Shown piece by piece: positions 1-11,745 of a DNA stretch of 64,000 nucleotides. The stretch comes from Okamejei kenojei (Eukaryota). The stretch covers positions 65,038,001-65,102,000 of the forward strand of contig CM069135.1 in the NCBI GenBank assembly GCA_035221665.1. The letters run 5' to 3'. The notes under the pieces are model-generated. The model was not told the origin of the DNA. It ran no database searches and saw only the letters and a list, made by a program, of their open reading frames with translations. Positions within the stretch are counted from its first letter, which is position 1. The number at the start of each line of letters is the position of its first letter. A program made the translations under genes and the position numbers.

Positions 1-688
1 GCTAGATTCTATACCTGACATACATTAATTGTACCTGAAGTACCATAAGGGGCATCAAAATAAATAGCCCAATATATCCAACTTTCTTCGCTGGAATGCA
101 TGTCGAAATAGTTGTGCAATAAAATCCCTTGTATAGTTTCAAAAAGTGAAGTAGAAAAATATTTGAACAATAAACAATTAAAAAAGGAAGCCTGACAGAA
201 TGGAATCAATTGTAAAGTCCCTTCACAGATCTAGTGTGGTTCATTGAGACAGCGGTTTTCCTATGTTATAAGCCCCGTTTAGTGCTCTAATAATAATATT
301 ATCAAACTTTATAGTACAGGCACGTGACAAAAGTTATTACAAAACATGAAATGGAACAAGAATTAATTATAATCTATATTACAAAAACTCTTCTCTTGTT
401 TGTGTGTATGTATATGTGTGTTATCTGGGCACAATCTGGTTAATTCCTATTTTATTCCAAAAGCTAGGCCACAGCTTTCCCATTTTCACACATTCTACTC
501 ACATTTTTTCCCGTACAGGCAATAAACATCTTCCCGTCGCATTCACACCTATATTTCCTAACTTTTTAATCGTTTAAAGTTTTAAAAACAGCCCAAAAAC
601 TCATCCATTTCGGAATAAAAACCCGAATTACGTCACAATGCACTCGCAAGGCAAGACGGGACACTACGGGAGGGAGGGGCATGGGCCA

Positions 689-894
689 GACACCTGGTGG
701 CGAGGTTGGTGCCACAGGCCCTGGCTGGAGCCGAACCTGGTGCTCGGGCTGGAGTGAGAGCCGAGCCCGGGGCTTGGGATGGGGCCTTGACCGGCGATGC
801 CCGACACCTGGTGGTGAGGGTGGAGCCACGGGCCCTGGCTGGAGCCAAGCCTGGTGCTCGAGCTGGAGTGAGAGCCAGGCCCGGGGCTTGGGAT
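689..894 (+). repeat. Two copies of a 114-bp-period GC-rich repeat
   Basis: GACACCTGGTGG...CCCGGGGCTTGGGAT occurs at 689-780 and 803-894. Confidence 0.85.
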
Positions 895-1219
895 TGGGCT
901 GTGACTACGGCCGAGAAAGAAGCCGCAGCTGGAGCCAAGGACGAGCCTGGGTCCGTGGGCAGGAGCGAGCCCGGAGATGAAGTCGTAGTCTGCACTGTAG
1001 CCCAGGTGGCGGCCGAGCTGACGGCTGGAGTCTACACCCAGGGCCGGGCCGAGTACAAGAACCAGGCCGAGCTCCAGGCCCTGGCGCTGCTCTATGACCT
1101 GGGTAGGTCCTGAGGCAGGGAATGGGAGTGAGGGGAGGAGGATGAGGGAAATGAGGAGGAGGGAGATGGGGCGGGAAATGGGGTGGTAGAGGGAAATATC
1201 AATGATGTGGAAGAGATGC

Positions 1220-1425
1220 CCCCTCCCTATCTACCCTCACTCTCACCCTCTCTACCCCACACCCTATCTACCCCCCTCCTTCTCTACCCCCATACATCTC
1301 TACCCTTCCCTCATCCTCTCTCTCTCTACACTCCCTCCCCCAACTCTACCCCCTCCCTCTCCTTCTCCCTCTACCCTCTCCCTCTCTCTCTTTCTCTCAC
1401 TCTCTCTCTCTCTCTCTCTCTCTAC
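1220..1425. repeat. CT-rich low-complexity tract and (CT)n microsatellite
   Basis: Pyrimidine-rich tract ending in (TC)n. Confidence 0.9.
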
Positions 1426-1747
1426 CCCTTGGTCTTGTAATATTATAAATATAGCCAGCTGTTTTTGAAGCAGAGATAGCATGAGTTACATACACGTCTT
1501 CTTTAGATGTTATTTGGTTACACAGATTTTCTTGCAGTAAATTAACACTAGTGTCAAAAATGCCAATGGTTGTAAAGTGGCTACAGCAGGACTGTCCATG
1601 TTACAGCCCTGGGATTCTTTCTCTCTGGTGTTACTGTTACCAGCATTTTTTCCACTAAACCCAATACCATTGTGGCTGTCAGTGAAAGGACTCATGACCA
1701 TGGTGGAAGAACAGCTCTAGGTGTGCTGGGTCAAACTTTGAACTAAT

Positions 1748-2062
1748 AGCCCTGTCCCACGGTACGAGTTCATTCCAAGAGCTCTCCCGAGTTTAAAAAA
1801 AATCAAACTTGTGGTAAGCACGAAGAATGAATGTAGCAGGTACGTCGGAGCTTGGGGGCTCGTAACGCTAACGGCAGGTATTCGGGAAGACACGCTAACG
1901 GCAGGTAAGCACGGGAAGACTAGTGAAGATTTTTCAACATGTTGAAAAATGTCCACGAGAGCCCCAAGTACCGACGAGTGGCCATTACCGTAAATCTCCG
2001 AGTTCGAATCAGGGCAAACTTGGGAGAGCTCTTGGAATGAACTCGTACCGTGGGACAGGGCT
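1748..2062. mobile_element. MITE, PIF/Harbinger-like
   Basis: Perfect 41-bp TIRs AGCCCTGTCCCACGGTACGAGTTCATTCCAAGAGCTCTCCC at 1748-1788 and 2022-2062. TAA lies just left; the right TSD is unclear. Shares termini and an internal TTTTTCAACATG motif with 31497-32495. Confidence 0.8.
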
Positions 2063-2377
2063 TTTTGAAATAAATTTGTTGAAGTTCTTAGAATAGTAAG
2101 ATCATTACTAAATATGACTGCAACCACAGTCACCGTGTCTTCATCACAATTAATTCCATTATATTCCCTCCTGCTGTCTCGTAATGAAAAGAAGTGAACT
2201 AACTGAATAATCAACGATTGATGTTAAGAAGCTTTTCGCTCTTTCTTCACCACAGCCATTGTTCCATGATCCCAGCCATGGATAAAACCGATCTTCCTTT
2301 ATCTTCTTTTTTCACTAATAGGATTTGAATTTCCATGGGAACTTAATGGAATAGTAGATGTGGACGGGGAGGGATAA

Positions 2378-2500
2378 CTAGAACAGAGCACAGGAACAGG
2401 CTCTTCAGTCCACAATGTCTGTGCCGAACATGATGCTAAATGAAACTAATCTCCTTTGACTGCCTGTGAGCCATATCCTTCCATTCTCTGCATATCCATA
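2378..2500 (-). mobile_element. CR1/HER1-like LINE 3' end fragment
   Basis: Reverse complement resembles the LINE 3' UTR also seen at 14455-15460. Confidence 0.6.
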
Positions 2501-3933
2501 TTCCTATCCAAATTCCAAATTCCAAGCATACGGCTATTCCTATGCTCGCCTACAGCATACTGCTCCCGATCTTATCCATTACCACCGGATGCATACAGCC
2601 CTAAAATTGGAAGATGTACCTATCGGCGACACGAGAGAGACCATCATATGTGACACTTCCACTGGCAAACCAAGGCCATTTGTACCTAGGACGATGCGTC
2701 AAGAAGTTCTCCGTGCGCTGCACATCTTATCACATCCGGGCAAGAAGGCTACGATAAAACTAATCTCCGAACATTTCATCTGGCCTTTCATTAAGCGTGA
2801 CGTTGGATTATGGGTAAAGACGTGTATCCACGCACACCAGGACCCATTTTGGTGAGTTTCCTGTGCCGAATACCCATTTCAAGCACATGCACCTGGATTT
2901 GGTCAACCCACTCCCACCGTCAAGAAACTACACATATCTGCTCACTTGTGAAGACCGATTCGCAAGATGGCAAAATGCTATCCCAGTCATCAACATTTCA
3001 GCGGAAACAATAGCCCATATATTTCGGTCTTTGGGGTCCCAAGTACGATCACAACAGACCGAGGAGCGCAATTTGAGCCTGTGCTTTCAAACACTAACGA
3101 CCTCTTGGGTACTAACCGGATTCGAACGACTGTGTATCATCCACAAGCGAACGGTCTAATTGAACGGTTCCATCGCCAGTTGAAAGCCGTTCTGGCAGCC
3201 GGAGAAGACGCATCGAACTGGAGTGAACGGTTGCCTCTGGTTCTGCTTGGCATTCGTACGGCGGTGAAAGCAGACCTGGAATGTTCGTCGGAGGAAATGG
3301 TTTACGGCACAACTCTGAAGCTGCCCGGCGAATTTATCAAACCAATCCCCACCTATGATCCAAGCAGGTATGTCGATCGATTACGGCAAACTATGCAGAC
3401 ACTCAGGCCAACACTGACATGGCGAACACCTGCAATGGTCTAAGTGCCTGCTGACCTCCAACGCTGTGCACATGTTTTGGTCTGACATGACGCTGTCCGC
3501 CGACCTCTTCAGCAAGCATACGATGGCCCTTACCAAGTCATCCAATGCCCATCCAAAAGTTTTGTGATCTATCGGAATGGAAAAACTGACACCATATCCG
3601 TTGACCGGTTAAAGCCAGCATGCGTCGAGAACTAACCGATTACCTCACCCACAGAACCTGCAAAGTCACAAGACCCCAACACTTCTTGTCAAGGTCCTCC
3701 CACACTGCAGTACCAAACAATACAGGCCGTAAAATCAACCCACCAGACCGGTACGGGGAGGACAAAGCCAGGCAGTCACCACCTTGTATGACTCAGTGGC
3801 TGACGGGAGAGCTGTGGTGCCTACACGCCCACGTCGGTTTTGCTACAGCCTCTTACCGCTGGCGACTCGCCAGCACCCTCACGAGAAGATCTAGCCACAA
3901 GAACTCAATAATAACTCCAAGGTCAGACGCACT
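2500..3933 (+). mobile_element. Ty3/Gypsy LTR retrotransposon remnant: frameshifted integrase, PPT and start of the 3' LTR
   Basis: Zn-binding H..HPGKKATIKLISEHFIWP..VKTC; core HLDLVNPLP, DRFARW, FGVPSTITTDRGAQFE, YHPQANGLIERFHRQLK; YDGPYQV near 3520; DRLKPA near 3600; purine tract followed by TGTGG at 3813. Confidence 0.9.
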
Positions 3934-4823
3934 ATAGACAATAGACAATAGGTGCCGGAGTAGGCCATTCGGCCCATCGAGCCAGCACCGCCATTCTTTG
4001 TGATCATGGCTGATCATCTACAATCAGTACCCCGTCCTGCCTTCTCCCCATATCCCCTGACTCCGCTAACTTTAAGAGCACTACCTAGCTCTCTCTTGAA
4101 AGTATCTAGCGAACTGGCCTCCATCGCCCTCTGAGGCAGAGAATTCCACGGACTCACAACTCTCTGTGTGAAAAAGTGTTTCCTCGTCTCCGTTCTAAAT
4201 GGATTACTCCTTATTCTTAAAATGTGGCCCTTTGTTCTGGACTCTTCGGGAACATATTTCCTGCCTCTAGCGTGTCCAAACCCTTAATAATCTTATATGT
4301 TTCAATAAGAGTCCCTCTCATCCTTCTAAATTCCAGTGTATACAAGCCCAGCCGCACCATTCTCAGCATATTACAGTCCCGCCATCCCGGGAATTAACCT
4401 TGTAAACCTATGCTGCACTCCCTCAATTGTCTATTGTCTATTGTCTACCCCTAATGCCATGTGCCCTAATTTTGCCCACTGATCTCCTATGTGGGACCTT
4501 ATCAAATGCTTTCTGAAAGTCCAGGTACACTACATCCACTGGCTCTCCCTTGTCCATTTTCCTAGTTGCATCCTCAAAAAATTCCAGAAGATTAGTCAAG
4601 CATGATTTCCCCTTCGTAAATCCATGCTGACTTGGACCAATCCTGTTACTGCTATCCAAATGTGCCGCTATTTCACCTTTTATAATTGACGCCAGCATCT
4701 TCCCCACCACCAATGTCAGGCTAACTGGTCTATAATTCCTTGTTTTCTCTCTCCCGCCTTTCTTTAAAAGTGGGATAACATTAGCTACCCTCCAATCCAC
4801 AGGAACTGAACCTGAATCTATAG

Positions 4824-5022
4824 TAAGTAAGTAAGTAATTTTTATTTATATAGCACTTTTAAATCAAATCACGTTGAAGCCAAAGTGCTTTTACAGAGAT
4901 TACCATACATCCATATAAAAGAAAAAAAGAAAAAAGATACAACATACTTTAGAATTTAACACGAATGTCCCCCTACAGCAGAATCAACACTTTCCACTGT
5001 GAGGAAAGGCACTAAAAAGTCC
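4824..5022 (-). mobile_element. Truncated non-autonomous retroposon with an L2-like 3' end, inserted in CR1
   Basis: (TTAC)n tail with AAAGTGCTATATAAATAAA. Core resembles 44255-44330 and 41160-41230. Flanks rejoin as CR1 TCTAT-AGAAC. Confidence 0.6.
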
Positions 5023-6092
5023 AGAACGTTGGAAAATTATCACCAATGCATCCACGATTTCTAGAGCCACTTCCTTAGGTACCCTGGGACGCAGACTATC
5101 AGGCCCTGGGGATTTATCAGCTGTAGACTTCAGCCCATCAGTCTACCCAACACCATTTCCTGCCTAATGTGGATTTCCTTCAGTTCCTCCGTCACTCCAG
5201 ATCCTCTCGCCACTAGTATATCAGGAAGATTGTTTGTGTCCTCCTTAGTGAAGATGGACCCAAAGTACCTGTCGAACTCATCTGCTAGGGTCTCTTTCCA
5301 GACAACCTTGGCCAGCTCCTCCCTCATGGCTACATAGTCCCCTTTATTCAACTGTAACAGTGACACCTCCGATTTACCCTTCTCCCTCTCCAATTGTAGA
5401 TTTTACTTCGGAGTCACGTGAATGATTCCATGAAGAACCCCGCCAGTGCGCGCGTCAGTACGTCAGCCGCATTGGCGCAAGCACCAGACTGGCAGGACAG
5501 AGCTCCAACCGGCGGTAAGTTAAACCTAGAAGGTAAGTTCGTTTTTACTTACCAGGGTTTTTTCAAGCAGGAGCCTCTCTTCACAGAGGTTTTCCTGCCA
5601 GTTTCACAGCCCGACGAGTGAGCCGGTTATGCACTTTGGGGAAACCCCGGTCCGACCGCGGAAGCGGATAACCGGCAAAAGATCGGGTTGTGAGATAAGC
5701 AGCCGCTGACAAGGCAGTCAGTGGCTCCCAGCCTGCGGGGATGCCGTGGAGTGGCAAGTAAGTAACGCCAGAGTCGCTGACAGTGCGGTCAGTGGCTCAC
5801 AGACGTTGGTCCCCAGGCAGAGAATAAAATTGGTGGAGAAAGGACTCGTTCAGCCCTATTGGACTCGGGTGAGTCGGGCTACAAGGTAATAATAAGTTAC
5901 ATGTATGTTATAGTGTTTTTCTTAAAGTTAAAATTTAAAGGCAAAGTTAAAAGTAAAAAAAGTTATTGTCATGTGTCCCTCACAATGAAATTCTTTCTTG
6001 TTTAGCACAAGTTGCTGTGAAGGGTTAAAAATTGCTTTAACCCTTCACAGGTAAAGCTGTACACTAAACAATTTGATTTAGTGAGCCCACAC

Positions 6093-6345
6093 TGTAATAG
6101 CGCGGGCCTATGGGGACAGGCTGCGCCAGCAGCACCTGGGATAGGGCTGCTTCATGTGTAATAGCGCGGGCCTATGGGAGAGCCGCGCCAGCAGCGCCTT
6201 GGATAGGGCTGTTTCATATGTGACATTGCGGCCTACGGGAGAGCCATGCCAGCAGCGCCTGGAACCTGGCTGTTTCATGTCAAAAAGCGCCGGCCTCTAT
6301 GAGAGGCGGCGTCGGCAACGCCTGGGTCAGGTTGCTCAAAATAAC
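6093..6345 (+). repeat. About 4 degenerate copies of a ~63-bp tandem repeat in the DIRS A gag region
   Basis: Unit TGTAATAGCGCGGGCCTATGGG...GCCAGCAGCGCC...GGCTGTTTCAT. Confidence 0.8.
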
Positions 6346-7839
6346 AAAGTCTGCTAGGCCCACGGAATTGGGGGAAGATTCCCCGCCGGGGCTGGATAGC
6401 AAAATAATAGGCCCACGGCGTCGTGGGATGATTCCTCACCGGGGCTAGATAGTGCGTTTGAAACGACTATCCCAAATGCAGCAGTTATTGCATACACTGC
6501 TACAGCAGGGCACACGCCAGCAGGAGGAGTGTCAGCGCCACCCTGAACAAAAAGGCGCAAGCAGCGTCTAGTAGAGAACTGTTTGATTGCACCTTCATGG
6601 TGAGGAGGCGCATGCCATGGGTCATTTTAGTTCTGACCCCAACTCTGATGGTAAGGTTGAGCCACATGTCCATCTCTGCAGGCCGCACCAGCAGCGTCAG
6701 TTGACAGAGCTGCTACAGGTCTCCCTCTTGGAGGCGGAGACCAAGATGGGTCAGTATCCTGCTGACGCTGAGTCTCAGGGTATGGCCCTGTGGCATACCC
6801 CAAGGGATGAAGGGCACGTGTCAGAGGTACCTTATCCTGACAACAAAGTTGCCATCCCAGCAGAATGTTCTATTTGGGTATAGGTCCAATGGGTTCATAT
6901 CAGTATAGCTATCCTGCGGCCTGCGGCAGCGCCTGTTAGGGCTGCCAACGAATCGCCCTCTCTGAGGAGCTGTGAGCGAAAGGTCAAGATATAACTGACT
7001 CCAGCCTCTAAAGAAGTCGATGGAACATACTGGAGCACATATGTGCCAGCAGTGAACAGCGCCAACAGGGGGATGTGAGTGTCAGCCGCCGAATCTGTTA
7101 TTCAGGTAGGCCTATTCAACAGGGGAGGAAAACCTGGCATATGAATCAATTAAGGCCAACGGCGGGCAATTTCATCATTTCAGAACGCACTCCAGGCACT
7201 CATCGGCAGTAGGCGGTTCATTGGAGCTGGGGCAGCATGACAGCTGGGCAGAAATTCCACGCACCTTACCAACCCTACTCAACAAAGTGGGTCTGGCACT
7301 TCCAAAACATGGGTAAGTGCATGCTCACAAGTTGTAATATTTACATTTGTTTGTACAACACACAAAAACATCTGGTTGAGGCACAGTATTAGCATTCCAA
7401 GCAAGTTTGGATTATGGCCAGGGTTGTCTTTGAAGAAAAGGTTCGGAAATCGGGCCAAACCTCTCATGCAAAACACCCATGGAATAAGGCAGGAGTGGCA
7501 TGTTTATTATGAAAAATGGAGGGTCCCGGGCATATGAACTTTCCGAATATGAAAACTTATTTTCCTGACTAACAACAGATTCATAAGGGTCTCAAAGATC
7601 CATTCTATGCAGTTCCCATTACAGAGGTTATCAAAGACAATATAACTGTACTAATAACAGTAAAACATTGCGGAACGGGATAAACTGTTTGTTGGTCATT
7701 GGGATTTACCTTTAAGTATTAATTAGCCTATGACTCCGCCCTGTGGCAAGCGACCTGTTATAAAACTGACTTTTACTTCATCAAGAGTAATTGGCAATAT
7801 AGTAGCTGTGCTTCAGCTGCGCAAATCAGGGAACTGATG

Positions 7840-7960
7840 CAGTGACTCCAACTCGCCCGGGCGGGAGGAATTATATCTCAAGCGGGAGAGCGGGAGATTT
7901 TGCGAAAATGCCCTTTCAGCGGGCGATCTCCCGCCAAAAGCGGGAGAGTTGGAGTCACTG
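7840..7960. mobile_element. 121-bp MITE inserted in DIRS A
   Basis: 15-bp perfect TIR CAGTGACTCCAACTC; flanks CTGATG/CTGATA (6-bp TSD, 1 mismatch); internal GCGGGAG repeats. Confidence 0.8.
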
Positions 7961-9354
7961 CTGATATCATGCAAAGTAGCGACCTCTCAAAGGACATGTA
8001 GACCATTGTTCACAATCTTATGCTATTATCAGCTGTAGCTACCTCAGTCACAATGATGAACAAACAGTATTCAGCATTGCTTCAGTAGTTTGGTTGGTCT
8101 AATTCAGTTATTACAAACTGATGCTAAGGACTCTAAGGTGAGAAGTTCCGAACACCATCTCTAGTTGGAGGTAGTGGGGATTTGCATGAGTTACCAATTC
8201 TTCATTTGTTGGTATCAACTAAATATATACACTAGATGCACCCCTTGGGTAAGGGGCTTTTGAGCGAATATACATATTCTACATGCTCAACTTCAAGTTG
8301 TTACACTACGGTGGTGACATATGTTAGTCACATGGCAATCAAGTAAAAGTATCCTGTAATAATTTACCTAATCTCCTTTGCCACTGGCGTATCATCCAGT
8401 TCAGATCGATGACAACACAGAATGGGTATTGGATCTCAAAGTATTATGAAGTATGGTTCAATGTTACATTGAATATCGACATGTTGGTTCATGTTTATTC
8501 ACTGATTGCAAAAATATGTGGCACAACAGAGCGGAGAAATACATTCTCGCTACAAAGGGAGGAATGTTATTTATATCTTCCTTCATTTTTGCCTCATTAG
8601 CCGGGTCTTAAAACAGTCAGCAAGACCTCGCTTTGGGTTTGTACTGTCGGACTGGCTAAGCAGCCATGTTGCCTGCTTTCATCAGGCATAATAATACTAC
8701 AGTTATTCCAAAAAACGAAAACTTGCTGGTTCAAACTGTGGTTCAGGAAACCGGCCTCTGCATAATAAAACAATTATTGACTTACACATTCTGAATGGAG
8801 TGACTTACGGCTCAGGTTGTTACAGCAAGCCATGGATGTGCTCACTACAGAGTGCAGGGATAGCACCCAAAAAAGCAGTACATTCCTATTGAGGGAACGG
8901 AAGTGGGTTTGTTTAAATGTTAATATTACATTTAATACATTACAGATTACTGATGTCTTCCAGTTCATTCTTAAATCGTATTTGACACTAATTCAGTTAT
9001 AAAGACACTACAGCTGCAACAAACGGGAACCACTCTGTCGGGTTCAACTCGGATATCGAGTTGTTAAAGAGATCTTGACACAGGTTCTCCCACTACAAAA
9101 ATATGCAGTTTGGTTATTGAAAATGTGTTAACATTACTTCACCAGGGGGTTCCAGCTACATCCTTAGTCATTACACTAATATCAGCACAACGAGGGCAAA
9201 CGTTGCAAACGCTGTGGCTAGATAGGATGGAATTGGCTGAGGTGCCATTACATTTTACATTCTGATCTACACAAGCAGAGCAGACCAGGGGTGGCAGGAT
9301 TTAAGATCATTTTTCGGATACCCCACGGTCTCACGTCTATGTGGGAGGGCAGGC

Positions 9355-9606
9355 TTGCTATATTATATCAAGGCCACCAGAATCCTAAGAAGTGTGGAAT
9401 CAGCATTGTTTATTAATCAACACAAAGGAAGGTCCGTTCAGACTATTTCAAGGTGGCTGCAGCAGGTTCTGGTTTATACAGGTATTAACACTGACCATTG
9501 TATATCTCATTCCACCAGGTCAGCATCAACGTCAGCGGCCAGGGCAATGGACATTCCCATCGACCATATCCTCGCGACCGCAGGATGGTCAACTGAATTG
9601 ATTTAA
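9355..9606 (+). pseudogene. Tyrosine recombinase C-terminal remnant of DIRS A
   Basis: SVQTISRWL...HSTRSASTSAA...IDHILATAGWS, containing the catalytic H-x-x-R and W motifs. Confidence 0.9.
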
Positions 9607-10796
9607 AAATGTTTACCATAGGCCGGTTACTGACCCGGGGTTTTGCCCATTCTGTTTTGCATCCACTTTAGCCTCCCCTGAGATACAGGGGTTGATATTG
9701 ATTTCTTTATTAACGTAAACCATTAATATATTTGAATCAATATCATGCTTAATGCATTTTTTGATTGTTCACTTATCCTGAGTCAATCAATGCAGTGAGA
9801 TGCTGAGATTTGGATCTGCGGCACGAAATCACAAGCTTCGAACCCTTTACGGAATCACTCACGTGACTCCGAAGTAAAATATTAAGATTAAATGAGAACT
9901 TACCAGTTTGAAGTTTGATCTTGATTTATGAGGAGTTACTTTGGTGATTACGTGCCATCCACGCTCAACCCTCTCTCATAAAGATCATCTGGTAGTTCTC
10001 GAGTCACGCATCTTACTATGTCACTTCGGTAATTGTTATTTGTGATTTCATACCGCTGCTTTGAAGATTGACGCGCATGCGCACTTGCAGGGTTTTTCAT
10101 GTAATCACCAACGTAACTGCTCATAAAATCAAGATCAAACTTCAAACTGGTAAGTCCTTATTTAATCTTACTATTAAACTTGACCATATTATGATCACTA
10201 TCTCCTAATGGCTCCTTAATCTTGTTCCTTTATCAAATTTGGTTTGTCCTTATCTACACACGAGTTATGATTAGTGAGAATGAAGGTACAAAGAGGCTTC
10301 TGGAATAAACGGGACACAAGGTGTCTGGATCACCTAAGTGTCGTTTGTTCTTTGCTTTCTGTCGTGGGATTTTGTAGATTCATACAGAAGGGTCAACACC
10401 ATCCTAGTCTAAATAAAGCCCCAACGTGTGATCTGATGCTCATCCACTCTAGTATTGCGTGGTTGTTGAAAGTTAACCGTTTGGCCCCCTGTGTCTCAAC
10501 TATTTTCGAATTAAGGGATAACCAGGAAACTAAGTAACAACAATGCTTGGTTATAGCATGTCACATCCTCAAAATATGGTTAGCAAGAAAACCCCAAGGT
10601 AAGGAACACCTGTGCATAATCCTTGGCCATCTCTAATTCTTTTTGTACAGAACTGACCTTGATAACTCTGACCTATCAGGTGATTTGTGGGGCAAGTCAC
10701 AATAAGTTTGTATTTCTTTCAACACAGTTTCATGAAAGAGCAAAAAAATCTGAAGGTCTTTCGATGAAGCAAAAGGAAAGGGCCATCAAACCTGTT

Positions 10797-10970
10797 CATA
10801 GAAACATAGAAAATAGGTGCAGGAGTAGGCCATTGGGCCTTTCGAGCCAGCACCGCCATTGAATATGATCATGGCTGATCATCCAAAATCAGTAACCCAT
10901 TCCTGCTTTTTCTCCATACCCCTTGATTGTGTTAGCCCTACGAGCTAAATCTAACTCTCTTTTGAAAACT
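10797..10970 (-). mobile_element. CR1 3' end fragment
   Basis: (TTTCTATG)n tail and the same 3' UTR as the element at 45195. Confidence 0.85.
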
Positions 10971-11339
10971 TCAGCTCTGATCCTTGGTTTCACCTCTGCT
11001 CCCATTGCCAAAATTGTGCCTGATTTACAATTTCACTCAGTTTACAGGTTCACTCGTATTTGCAATTTAACTCAGGAAGGCCATAGGTTAGTTTGTCTGG
11101 TAGAACCTGTTACACTGATACACTCCCGTCTCAACATCTCCTGGCTTTCCAGATTAAAATGTTTTGATTGAGATTAGCTGTTGGATTTTCCTAATTCAAA
11201 CGGAACAATTGAAAGGTGAAAGGTGGCATATCTTTCTCTTGTTCAATGCTCATTCAGTATGGAGTGTTTTATTCTGTACCTAAATTTGACCTGCATTTAC
11301 TAGTAGTACATTACATACTGATAATTATAGTTCAAATAT

Positions 11340-11745
11340 AATTATAGATACAAAATAAAGTTCCCTCTACACCATTCCATAGCATGCACTCAGTTGAGGC
11401 AAAACACAGCACAAGACTGGCACAGTATAAAACTCCCTTTATGTTATCCTATCAGGTTCACTGGTGAAGGCACAAAACAAGGTCCGACAGAGAGGAAAGC
11501 TCCTCTCTAAATTGTCCAATTGCATTCCATAAAATGCACTTAATAAAGGATATGGGCAGCATGGGTTAGATACAGAGAGAAGCTCCCATTACATTGCCCC
11601 ATCACACATTCCAAGAGCAGGGGCAGCTGAGGTTGGACATGGAGTGAAGGTAGGCACAGAGTAAAGCTTCCCCTTGCACTGCTTCACCACACACTCCCAA
11701 GGCACAGGTTAGATACAGAATAAAGCTCCATCTGTCACACACATC
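11340..11745 (+). repeat. Decayed ~65-bp tandem satellite
   Basis: Recurrent GGTTAGATACAGAGTAAAGCTCCC...ACACTCCCA...ACAGCA units, about 6 degenerate copies. Confidence 0.65.

Larger units (their letters stand above)
373..1437 (+). mobile_element. Probable non-autonomous Helitron carrying a GC-rich repeat and a CT-rich tract
   Basis: Starts A|TCTATATTACAAAAACTC followed by a (TG/TTTG) microsatellite. Ends CCCCTTGGTCTTG|T, read as a degenerate CTAG|T. AT insertion site, no TSD. The 3' hairpin is not clearly seen. Confidence 0.45.
5400..10175 (+). mobile_element. DIRS1-type tyrosine-recombinase retrotransposon A (old, degraded)
   Basis: Begins ATTTTACTTCGGAGTCACGTG and ends TTTAATCTTACTATT. 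ICR at ~9849-9954. ATT duplicated. RT remnant near 7590, methyltransferase remnant near 8570, YR remnant 9355-9606. Confidence 0.92.
3934..10250 (-). mobile_element. Rearranged CR1 LINE fragment interrupted by later insertions (pieces 3934-4823, 5023-5399, 10176-~10250)
   Basis: (ATTGTCT)n 3' tail; RT motifs NYRPVSLT, QHGF, YLDFQKAFDKVPH. The endonuclease-end motif SDHNMVKFNLQLERE is restored when the DIRS is removed. Confidence 0.9.

Noticed and set aside
9-209. 66-aa ORF or exon at the window start
   Set aside because: Donor-like motifs are present, but there is no convincing acceptor or recognisable peptide in any frame.
1717-2214. 165-aa ORF as a gene
   Set aside because: It runs through a palindromic MITE and shows no recognisable domain.
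6093-11745. CRISPR-like arrays suggested by ~63-65-bp periodicities
   Set aside because: Whole units are repeated and degenerate, with no constant repeat plus unique spacer and no cas genes.
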